A stretch of DNA of 64,000 nucleotides from Candidatus Thorarchaeota archaeon (GCA_963726195.1 CAVSBO010000005.1:64001-128000); one strand, 5' to 3'. Positions 21,932 through 31,202 are shown, numbered from the stretch's first letter. Numbers and translations: made by a program. Notes: generated by a model not told the origin, from the letters alone.

Positions 21932-22390
21932 TTGGATAAGGAGAGTGATCTCATCAGCAAGCAAGCCGATGCAAGAATGAAGAGGTATCTGCAGAAGATA
22001 AAGCACGGGCAAAGCAGATGCACGTCCTTGCACGAATGGCTTGGAAAGAAGGGACTAGAGAAGGACCTGATGGCAACGCTGGCCATCGACAAGGCTTTCC
22101 AAGAGGTTGTCGAGGTCATGATGGACCTCCTTGCAATGATGCTGAAGGACAAGTCAATCCCGCCCCTTGACGATTACACGAACATAACCGAAGTCATAGA
22201 AGTGGGACTCCTGCCCAAAGAGGCTCAACCGATTCTGCGAGAGGCGAATGGTCTAAGAAACAAGCTGATTCATGTGTACAATGACACTGATGGTGCTATT
22301 GCTCTAAGGAACATGCGCGCCCTGCTCCCACAACTGCAATCCTATCTTGGGGTGATTGAGGCATGGGTGAAACAGACGAAGCCAAAATGA
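21932..22390 (+). CDS. hepT: HEPN (DUF86/HepT-like) ribonuclease toxin
   Basis: RX4HXY motif (RNKLIHVY); overlaps a downstream MNT gene. Confidence 0.85.
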   Translation: MDKESDLISKQADARMKRYLQKIKHGQSRCTSLHEWLGKKGLEKDLMATLAIDKAFQEVVEVMMDLLAMMLKDKSIPPLDDYTNITEVIEVGLLPKEAQPILREANGLRNKLIHVYNDTDGAIALRNMRALLPQLQSYLGVIEAWVKQTKPK

Positions 22391-22743
22391 GGTCTGACTT
22401 GCAATCCATAATGGGGATACCAGAAGTCGAAGCCGTACTCCTGTTCGGTTCGCATGTTCGGGGAGACGCGACGCAGAGAAGTGATGTGGACATCTGCGTG
22501 GTTGCCCCGACGGCCAACACGACCGATGCGAAGGCTTCGCTTGTGCTCACTGTGTGGAGCAAAGTGAATGCGGCCGCATATGATATTTGGCTCTTCGAGG
22601 AACTGCCACTATATATGCAGATTGAGGTAATCGAGAACCATCATATCCTTCACTGTCGCGATGTTCCATCGCTATACGAGTACTTCTACTGGTTCAGGAA
22701 GCGCTGGAGTCAGCAGGAGCAGCGCCAGGCGTTGACTGCATGA
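22387..22743 (+). CDS. mntA: Minimal nucleotidyltransferase antitoxin (MntA-like)
   Basis: GSX10DXD motif (GSHVRGDATQRSDVD); ATGA overlap with hepT. Confidence 0.85.
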   Translation: MRSDLQSIMGIPEVEAVLLFGSHVRGDATQRSDVDICVVAPTANTTDAKASLVLTVWSKVNAAAYDIWLFEELPLYMQIEVIENHHILHCRDVPSLYEYFYWFRKRWSQQEQRQALTA

Positions 22744-23041
22744 ATCAGGTTGTCGCAACCAAGGGTGCGGTATTCTCGGTGTTTCATATAATACTGAGGG
22801 CTGATGCCACCGTTCGTTGTTAGTTGGACAGAGTTGGACACAGGAGTCTTTGCCCGCCCAGAAACGGCACTCGGCTCCAACTCCTTGAGGTCAAGTTCGT
22901 GTCTTTTCAACCTCGGTGATCACATTCCTCATTGAGGCTCAGATGCTATGACCAAACGGGCGCCGAGGCAAGAAGAAAGCTTCAAGAACTTAGGGACGAG
23001 TAGAGAACAGCTAGGAAACACCGAGTGCTGGTTCATCACGT

Positions 23042-24031
23042 ACCACCCTGAGAAGTGCACCATCTCGTTCCGTCAGGAAAAGGCTGGTGTACACCATACT
23101 AGAGAAGACCGCAGAGTTCCGGTGGGGAGCTTACTAGGGAGGGAACGGGGCGATTTACTCGAACATCAACGGCTCTGGAGGGAGCAGCCCGATAGCAAGA
23201 GTGGACAACTGCTCACGCGTCATCAAGTACGTGGTGATCTACGGGGCGAGGTACGCTTCGTACAACTTGGTCGAGATGAGGATACTAGACATGAACGTGG
23301 TCGCGGACTTGACGAGGCATAATCCGACTGCAGCCGATCCAACGGTGTACGAAGGGACCAAACTTGGCGTCGGCCACACCGCAAGTCCGCCTGTTGATCA
23401 GTGGGCTTCGCAGGTCTCCAGCTGGTGGACCGGCTGGTGGCCTGAACTGCACACTAGGGTGCAACTGTCGGACTCTAGAGGTCCGGCATTCGTGTTTCAG
23501 GCGAAAACAGACCTGCTGGGTTCAAAGACACTCGAAGCGCTGGCTGTGACTGATGACAGAGGCAACACCATTCAGGCATTGCAAAACTCGAACATGGCCA
23601 ACACAGGTGCGCAGCTAATCATCGACAACCTCGTAGTGCTGTTGGGTTTGTACGTAGTTGAGGGATTGTGGGCAGCAGTCTGCTTTGCGTCCAACATAAA
23701 CCCAGCTTGGATTCCTGTTGCGGTTGCTGAGGGGGTAGTCTGGTTGGTATTGTATACGTACTCAATTACGATACTGGCAGCATCTCTGAAGAATGGCGGC
23801 TATGACCCTTGGTTCAGATTCTGGGTCCTATTGTTTACCGGTTTGATATTCTGCTTCGGAGCATTCTGTCTCATCTTCGGTCCCCCCATACTTGGTGGCA
23901 TCTTGGCACATAAGGACGTCACAGACAACCTATTGGCAGTTTTGCCTGGCGCTTGGATTCTGTTTGTGTTCAAATGCATGGCATGTATTGCTCTCTTCGC
24001 TGCTGCGATCGCAACGTTGTTCGGCGCATAA
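23042..24031 (+). pseudogene. Cassette A: 5'-truncated fragment of a larger protein with a hydrophobic C-terminus (toxin-CT-like)
   Basis: Frame of ORF 23201-24031 extends upstream past one TAG at 23135; homologous to 27579-28616. Confidence 0.55.
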
Positions 24032-24048
24032 AGCAAAAGAGGAGCTTG

Positions 24049-24477
24049 ATGCACGGAAGGTGGAAGGAAATGCAGAATATGATGAGTCCTCTGGTGCTTT
24101 CGTTTCTGATACTGATTGCTTCTTGGTCTGTCTCAGCTATCGTGAGCTACTTTTCTGTCTATGAGGTAATTGCCAGGAGAAAGAAGCCGTGGAATGAAAT
24201 GACGCCTCTTGACCAATCACGGATTCTTTGGTTTTCCGGCCTAGGCGGCAGTGCAGGGGTTGTGTCGTTCATTCTCCTATTCGCTCTCGCCGCATCGGAA
24301 CGTGCTTTTCCGCAGATAGACCTCGTAATCCTGTTCGTCTGGGTCTTGGTGGAGATACCACTGACTGCTTGGGGCGGAGTCTTGGCGACGCACCGAAAGG
24401 TTTCTCAGAACCCGCTGAAAGAGCACGAACTAACCTTGAAGCCTCAAGACCGTCCGACCGTGAACGAACAGCTGTAG
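24049..24477 (+). CDS. Small 3-TM membrane protein (candidate immunity protein)
   Basis: GAGGAG just upstream; three hydrophobic segments; directly follows cassette A. Confidence 0.6.
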   Translation: MHGRWKEMQNMMSPLVLSFLILIASWSVSAIVSYFSVYEVIARRKKPWNEMTPLDQSRILWFSGLGGSAGVVSFILLFALAASERAFPQIDLVILFVWVLVEIPLTAWGGVLATHRKVSQNPLKEHELTLKPQDRPTVNEQL

Positions 24478-24798
24478 CTGCATAGCTTCACCGTCTGGGT
24501 CAGCTAGTAGGTACAGTCGTGTCCAGACTTTGGGGTTGCGGCATGCCTTATCTTCACAGATTTCATGAGGGAGACGGACAACAAGTGGTATACTACAAAG
24601 CCTTGTACCGAGGTGCACAGGTTCGCTGTCATGCTCAGAACCTTGCCTGGGCATCACGGAGGTGTGAGGTCTTATGGGCGAAATACTGAGTATCTTCTTT
24701 GCTCTGATTGCCTCATTTCTGGGATTAGCACGAGTACTGCTTTCCTTGTAGAGGACAGGATTTGGTTTGCAAGGCTCGCGAAGGCCACCTGAAGACAT

Positions 24799-25089
24799 GT
24801 GACTCACAAACACTTGAACTCTCAGGCACAATGGGTCTATGCGAACCCGCATGGAGCGAGATTCCTACAGTCTGTGATGCTAACTGGCGCTATGCTACTC
24901 CCAATCATCGGTATGACCGCCGGAACGTGGACAGTCTTCGCCGCAACCATTCTCTGGTTGCCAGCCTGCGAAGTAATGGAGGGCAGTCTATTCTACACCA
25001 TATGGATTGTATACAAGGCAACTACGAAACGTTCTCCTATGCCACTTGCGGTTGCAGGTTCGACAAGTGAGAGTGCTTGTGAGTCATGA
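24799..25089 (+). pseudogene. Possible third, shorter hydrophobic C-terminal cassette fragment
   Basis: NPHGARFLQSVMLTG...IWIVYK resembles DPWFRFWVLLFTG...LFVFK and DAWSRFFLIVFDG...LLYK. Confidence 0.3.
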
Positions 25090-25309
25090 ACTGGATACGA
25101 CACTAGGAGAAAGCCAGGAGTACGTGCAAACGGGTATAAGGAATCGTTCGAGTAAGTATGATTCGGAGGAGCGTTCGTGACGGTCATTGGCTTTCTGGTA
25201 CTCAGCCGGTCTCTATGGGTCGTCGTAGCACTAGTCGACTTCGCTCAGTCTCTTGAACGGGGTCCTGCGGTTGTAGCGAGAACTCAAGTCTTCGGAGGGA
25301 TGAGAATCG

Positions 25310-25627
25310 ATGAAAAAGGAAGTCGATGAGCCTCTGAATGATGATCCAGAGAGTGCAGAAGAGGAATCCCAAGTTGACTGGAGCAGCAATATCAAGAAAT
25401 CGCTCCTAGTTGGGCTATTGGCGGAGATACCAATCGCGGCTCTCGTGCTTCCTTTTGTAGTCAGGTCTCCTCACCTTTCGAATTTTGAAGCTGTTACTGT
25501 CGTTGTCATGCTGCTTACGTTCGGGTGCAGTTTCTTCATGCTGACCTTTTGCATGTTAACTTGCAGGACCGTGTTCCAAATACGTGAGAAGATTAGTGCA
25601 GAGTCTGATTCACAACGCGTGAGTTAG
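25310..25627 (+). CDS. Small 2-TM membrane protein
   Basis: Acidic N-terminus, two TM segments, GGAGG upstream. Confidence 0.6.
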   Translation: MKKEVDEPLNDDPESAEEESQVDWSSNIKKSLLVGLLAEIPIAALVLPFVVRSPHLSNFEAVTVVVMLLTFGCSFFMLTFCMLTCRTVFQIREKISAESDSQRVS

Positions 25628-25657
25628 ACTATCCTAACTCGTGAAGTGGAGGACGAG

Positions 25658-26248
25658 ATGAACAAGACCACCGACTTCAGAGGATACATCGCACGAATAT
25701 ATCTGGGCCGTGAAGAATCGAAGGGGGATTTTGTCGTCTTTAGGTCACTTCGACTCACGTCAAACAACGTCGCCTTGAAGGTGCCTGAGGATATCGTCAG
25801 TGTACTAGCCAAGCCGCAACTGCTAGTGCCACACATATTGACAAGCATCCGACTTGACGAACATGTGAGAGGTAGCCAACACACCAGCATAATGCTGTTC
25901 ATTGTGGCGGTTCCTCTCACGATTTCCTCGGTAGTCCTTTTGCCCATTCTTGTTGGTCGCGATTTCCTTGATGCCTTCTTCGAGTTCGGGGGCTGGGTTT
26001 TCATGGTTTGGCTCATTGTCATGATTGTCTGGGCTGCTGCGCAAGCCCTGAAGTATATGCGAGAAGAGAGGGGTATCGACCAACGAGCAATGGCTGAGTA
26101 CCCAGAGTTTCCGACCGCCTTGCATATGCTTGCCGATTCAGGGTTGAGCCCTGCACGTGGGCACCCGGCGTTTAGGACAAGACTTCAGCGCCTTGGATGC
26201 AATGAACCTGAACCGGCAGAGACGGGATTCAACTCAAGAATCGACTGA
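25658..26248 (+). CDS. Membrane protein, degenerate M48 (HtpX-like) peptidase fold
   Basis: EERGIDQRA...AL.ML...GHPAFRTRLQRL mirrors ExxAD...HP...RI; HEXXH replaced by PHILTS. Confidence 0.5.
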   Translation: MNKTTDFRGYIARIYLGREESKGDFVVFRSLRLTSNNVALKVPEDIVSVLAKPQLLVPHILTSIRLDEHVRGSQHTSIMLFIVAVPLTISSVVLLPILVGRDFLDAFFEFGGWVFMVWLIVMIVWAAAQALKYMREERGIDQRAMAEYPEFPTALHMLADSGLSPARGHPAFRTRLQRLGCNEPEPAETGFNSRID

Positions 26249-26261
26249 TGGAGATTGGCTT

Positions 26262-26843
26262 ATGATTGGCTCGTTCACGTTCACTTTCTCTCTGGCGCTT
26301 TTCGTGCTCGTATGTCTGTGTGACAGTGCAGCGAAGCGGACCAGACGAGGGTGGGTTCATAGACTGGGCAATCTACCACGCAAGTCCAGAGGGACTCATT
26401 TCGTCGTGTATGGAGGTCTGCTCACAGTCACTTGGTTCAGCTTCTATGGATTTGCAGTAGAACAAAGCGGTAATGTTGCGTTTCTCCAGTACTACGTTGA
26501 ACAAACCCCCCTTGTCTGGTGGTTGTTCGTCTGGACTGTGTCCATGACCGGTCTCCTCGAGTGGAATATATTCAGATTCCCACTCTTCGTGCATGAAGAT
26601 GACCGATTGATAAGGAGAAATCGGTATCTGGAAGGAATCGTTGTCGAGGCGCCATCGTCAACCGAAGGAATTGAGTCTGCGATTGATATTGTGAGGAAGC
26701 ACAGGAAAGAGTGGAAACCAGTGACAGTTGAGTCATTCTTGACGTATCTCGGTCGACGTAACGACGAAGTAGGCTCTGAGGCCCGAGGGAAGCTTGACAG
26801 TATCAGCAAACAAACCAAAAAAAAGAAACAGAAATCATCATGA
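26262..26843 (+). CDS. 3-TM membrane protein with C-terminal 'RND..G..AR.K' domain
   Basis: Three hydrophobic segments; C-terminal domain shared with 26932-27258. Confidence 0.6.
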   Translation: MIGSFTFTFSLALFVLVCLCDSAAKRTRRGWVHRLGNLPRKSRGTHFVVYGGLLTVTWFSFYGFAVEQSGNVAFLQYYVEQTPLVWWLFVWTVSMTGLLEWNIFRFPLFVHEDDRLIRRNRYLEGIVVEAPSSTEGIESAIDIVRKHRKEWKPVTVESFLTYLGRRNDEVGSEARGKLDSISKQTKKKKQKSS

Positions 26844-26931
26844 GTACTAGGCGGCCTTTGGGCTTCATTGGTTAAGCAATTATCGGCCTGTTCTCTGTGT
26901 CGCTCCAACATGCCGCGGGCCACACTAGGCT

Positions 26932-27258
26932 CTAGGGCATAGGGCGTAGACCAAGTTGGACCATCTTGTTCCGTGCCGCTGTACCAAACCCATCATTGCG
27001 CTCTGACATCTCTATGAGAAAGTCCACTAAATCCCCGGGAGGACAGCCCCATTTGGGATTCTGAATATAGTTTACGATGTATTCGATGCCTTCTTCGGGG
27101 TCAAGATTCTTGATTGAATCAAAATAGGCTTGATTAGAGCCTGTCATGATCACTGAACGGTAGGCTGACCTAAGAACATACAAGAGATACAAGGCAAGCG
27201 GAATCCCGATGCAAGAAAGAACAATCACAACAAGGCCGTAGTCAGCCACTTCTCCCAT
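26932..27258 (-). CDS. 1-TM membrane protein with C-terminal 'RND..G..AR.K' domain
   Basis: N-terminal TM; EGIE...FL...RNDGFGTAARNK. Confidence 0.65.
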   Translation of the reverse strand: MGEVADYGLVVIVLSCIGIPLALYLLYVLRSAYRSVIMTGSNQAYFDSIKNLDPEEGIEYIVNYIQNPKWGCPPGDLVDFLIEMSERNDGFGTAARNKMVQLGLRPMP

Positions 27259-27388
27259 CCTCTGTCCGGTTCTTGCGCAGCCTCATCGAGTTATCCGGCC
27301 GTCCCGATATAAATGTGTACACGATACGAACGCACATCTAGTCGAGACTGCTCTGAAGAGCTGGTAGGGGCCGGATGGCGTTCTAGAT

Positions 27389-27578
27389 GAGTTGGCTCAG
27401 GCGATAGGTATTCTTAGGTGCCTCGACGGCGGTATTCACTGGCTTGAAGAAGCTCCGATTAGAGAATGGAGACAGTTCTGATGGCGTTGAAAAGCGAGCA
27501 AGTGTCAAAACTCGCCAAGGTTTTCGGAGACCGACTCATCACTGCCAAGCATGAGATGATTATACATTCTCAAGATGT
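27389..27578 (+). repeat. Diverged direct repeat copy 1: upstream region and first ~38 codons of the FAD oxidoreductase gene
   Basis: Ungapped match to 29161-29350; 26 mismatches in 190 nt by manual count (~86% identity). Confidence 0.95.
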
Positions 27579-28616
27579 GAGGGTGCTTGCTATCAGGAAC
27601 CTGCTGACATAACTACGTCGTTTGTCAAGACAGTCTCAGTATGGTATGACCGATGCTCCAACTCAATCAAGTCAGCTTTCGACGGCTCCATCACAACGCT
27701 CACGACGGCCTACAACGCATCCAGAATCATAAGCTATATCGTCATTAGCACGTCGAGGTACGCTGACAAACCGCTGCTCGATATGAAAGTGCATGAAATC
27801 GACGTTGCAGTCAATCTCAGGGCTACACTGCCGTCAATACCAGAACCTCCTAAGAGTGAAGAGCCTCTTCCAGCTACATGTGATGGCACCAAGGAATGCC
27901 ACGCTAGCTACACTCAACAATCGGTGGGTATCCCTAATCCATTTTCCATGGTAGGTGATGTGCAATGCTGGTGGGCAGGACCATGGCCTGTGTTTCATTC
28001 AAGGATTGACAAGACCACTCCCGAAGGATTCACATTCAAATACCAAGCGGCACGTGACCTGCTTTGCAATACTTGGATTGAAGAAGCCAGCTTGGTGTCG
28101 AATGATCCGAACAATCCAATTCAAGGTAGTGCCTACCTACAGGCCCTCGTCGACACTCTTGTTGCTGAATGAATCTTCGAACAGACAATCAGAGCAATAG
28201 AGCAGGGAATCGGCATCGCGATCAATATCATTTGCGCTGCCACTGAGCTCGTGCCGGCTCTGTGGGAGGTCGCTGCGGCAGCGATAGTGGCGTATACGGC
28301 CGCGTTCGTATCGAGTACGATGGTTAGTGTCAACGATATCTGCAAACTCGCGCGTGATGCATGGTCAAGGTTTTTCCTGATTGTCTTTGACGGATTTGCA
28401 TTCCTCGCGTCAATCGCGATTCTGGATATCATCGCGCCTGGAGTGGTATCATCGATTCGTGTTGCTCTTGCTGGAGAAGGAACACTATTGGGTCTCCTGC
28501 TGTATGAGGCCGCCGATATGTCACTCTTCTTCCTGTTGTACAAAGTCGTCCTTCTACTTTGGATCTTCTATGTTGCATATGTGGTGTTTCTTATGACACT
28601 ATCAGGCAAGTTATAG
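27579..28616 (+). pseudogene. Cassette B: 5'-truncated homolog of cassette A with one internal TGA (28170-28172)
   Basis: ORFs 27783-28172 and 28251-28616 share a frame, which is open back to the repeat junction at 27579. Confidence 0.6.
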
Positions 28617-28744
28617 GCGCGAGAACAGGAGCGAGAAATGTCAATGTTGCGATTGGATTCGTCACCAATACTCAGAGACGTCATGATTAGTACCAGTACC
28701 TTTTCATGGTGCGCGATGGGCACTATGGGTTGGAGGAATCGAGC

Positions 28745-29122
28745 GTGCAAATAACGAACTCGGAATTACTGATGGTCGATCTCATTTGCTGGCTCTGCGT
28801 GGGAGTTACGGCGGTGCTGTCCGGAAAACTGACACTCAGAAAGTGGGCTCCGTCCGTCAACAGCGAGCCTTATGCTCTGGGGTTTGCAGTCTTGGTCACC
28901 GTAGGAGCTTCATTGGAAGTCGCCAATCTCGGCTGGTTGATGGCGACACTGTCGCTCCCGTACTCTGTTCTAACGGGGTTTCTGCCATTCGTCGTGTACT
29001 GGACAGTTGTAGTTGTGGTCATCCTCGCCGTCTTCTACAAGGTGTTCCTTCCGAGAATGAACGAAATGCGGTCTGCAATGAAGAATCTGCAATCAAGCAC
29101 TGAAAAGGCTTACAAATGGTGA
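28745..29122 (+). CDS. Small 3-TM membrane protein (candidate immunity protein)
   Basis: GGAGGA before GTG 28745; hydrophobic segments; follows cassette B. Confidence 0.6.
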   Translation: MQITNSELLMVDLICWLCVGVTAVLSGKLTLRKWAPSVNSEPYALGFAVLVTVGASLEVANLGWLMATLSLPYSVLTGFLPFVVYWTVVVVVILAVFYKVFLPRMNEMRSAMKNLQSSTEKAYKW

Positions 29123-29160
29123 TCAATCATTGACTGGGAGATTTGCTCAGACTTGAAGCC

Positions 29161-29350
29161 GAGATGGTTCAGTCGATAGGTATTTGTAGGTGCCTCGATC
29201 GCGGTACTCATTGACTTGGAGCAGCTCCTGTTAGAGAATGGAGGCGGTTCTGATGACATTGAAGAGCGAGCAAGTGTCCAAACTCGCCAATGTTTTCGGA
29301 GACCGGCTCGTTACTGCCAAGCATGAGATGATTATCCATTCTCAGGATGT
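29161..29350 (+). repeat. Diverged direct repeat copy 2 (5' end of the intact FAD oxidoreductase gene)
   Basis: Matches 27389-27578. Confidence 0.95.
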
Positions 29351-31192
29351 AGGTAGTCTGCCAAAGCAAGTCGGCTGGCTCATGAACACCACGCCGGACG
29401 CGATCGCTCAGCCTCAATCCCCCGAGGACATTCAGTTTCTCTATGAGTTCGCTCGGTCTCAGAAGGTCCCGCTTGTTCCTAGAGGTGCAGGGACCTCGGG
29501 ATACGGAGGTGCGATACCCCGCAAGGGCGGCATCGTTGTCGACATGCGCCGAATGGATAGAGTTGTGAACGTGGACAAGGAGAACCTGACGGTCACCGTA
29601 GAGCCGGGCATATCGTGGGTCAACTTGCAGTTTGAGCTGAATCGTCAGGGCTTGGATTTGCGATGCTATCCGTCCTCGGGTATATCGGCCACCGTGGGCG
29701 GCTGGGTCGCTCAAGGCGGCGACGGTATTGGCTCTCTGAAATATGGTAAGATTAACAACAACGTCACTGAGCTTGAGGTTGTTCTGCCTGACGGGCGGAT
29801 TGTTCGAACTAAGGATACAGATCTCTTCTGCGACACAGAGGGGATACTCGGAATCATCAGCAAGGTCACTTTGAAAGTCAAAGAGCTTACTCCAATTCAT
29901 TCAGTAGTCGCTAGCTTTCCTGAGAACTACCTGATGACTTTCGCAATTGAGAGAATCATATCCGACGGCCCATTGCCTTTCACGATGCGATTCGAGGAGA
30001 GCAAGTATACTGATTTGAAGAAGAAGGTGTGGGAATCCGAGAATCCTTTCCCGTTCCCTGTACATCACTGTGTCTTACTTGTTGCCTACGAAGGAGCCGA
30101 AGACGAGATTCAGGAAGGTCTCGAAGTCGTGAGGCGAGTAGCCGAAGAAATGAAGGGCACAGTCTACGATGACTGGGTCGCAGAGCACGAATGGGAAGAC
30201 CGCTTCTACCCGATGAAGATCAAGAAGATGGGCCCAACCCTTGTTGTCGGGCAGGCTTTTGCCCCAATCGAGAGCCTCGAAGGCATACTAGATGATTTTC
30301 AGTTCGAGCAGGCATCTGCAAAGGCCGGTATTGATGGTTACGTGACCTCAAAATCAGGGGTCACGATCATGGGATATTTCCTTGAGGATGAACGTCGTCA
30401 CTTCTTCATGCTATCTTGGTCCCAGAGCTTCGTGATATTCAAGATCGCTCAACGTCATGGCGGGCATCCCCACTCGACAGGGATCTGGTTCGCCAACTAT
30501 GCGCCAGTGTACTTTGGTACCCGCCGCTTGGCAAGAATTCGAGCGGCCAAGCTGGAGTCGACCCTCACGAGATATCTAACCCGGGCAAGGTGTTTGCGTA
30601 CTGGCTTCCTCTCATACTAAGGGTTGGCAAGTACTTCATGTGGCTCGGTTTCGACCTTTTCAGAAACGGGTTCGGCAGGATTGCACCCATTGTTCTGAGA
30701 TGGCTGCAGAATCTGCCGCCTATCAAGTGGCTCCTTAGATGGGGTCGGGCATACAGTCCTTGGCCGGTACAGTACGGACTTGGCTGCTGCATGGTTGAAG
30801 GTGCAGCTGCGGTCGCGTCTCGCTGGGATCTCGAGCGATTCGGGATGCTGCCTCTGTTTGGTCCTAGGCAGTGCGATGTGCTCTGGGTTTCCGGTTCGCT
30901 GACTAAGAAGATGGTACCACGTCTTCGCCGCATATACGAACAAATGCCTGATCCGAAGTTCGTCATATCATTTGGTCAATGTGCTGCAAGTGGCGGAATG
31001 TTCTGGGATGGATACTCATTGGTGTCGCCGCCTGACAAGGTGGTTCCGGTAGATGTCTACATACCAGGTTGTCCCCCCAAGCCAGCGGACTTCGTTCGGG
31101 CTCACCTGATTCTCGAAAACAAGATTCGTGCAGGAACGACCTATTGGCAGCGGAGATACGAGAGTCAGGACGCTATGGGTTTCGTAAAGTGA
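29238..31192 (+). CDS. nuoB: GlcD/Dld-type FAD-binding oxidoreductase fused to NuoB (frameshift near 30550)
   Basis: PRGAGTSGYGGAIP, YPSS..SATVGGW and TEGILGII in the first frame. The terminal DPHEISNPGK motif is in the second frame, which continues without a stop into GLGCCMVE, PRQCD, QMPDPKFVISFGQCAASGG, VDVYIPGCPP. Confidence 0.85.
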
Positions 31193-31202
31193 GGTTGACA
31201 CA

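Noticed and set aside
28170-28172. In-frame TGA as selenocysteine (and TAG 23135 as pyrrolysine)
   Set aside because: No redox motif context or recognisable SECIS; both sit in truncated cassettes and are one change from TGG.
21900-29200. Provirus or transposon
   Set aside because: No integrase, transposase, capsid, terminal inverted repeats or replication genes were recognised.
30540-30620. Programmed ribosomal frameshift producing fused and unfused forms
   Set aside because: No slippery heptamer; the unshifted product would lose the conserved DP...NPGK motif; similar indels are common throughout the window.
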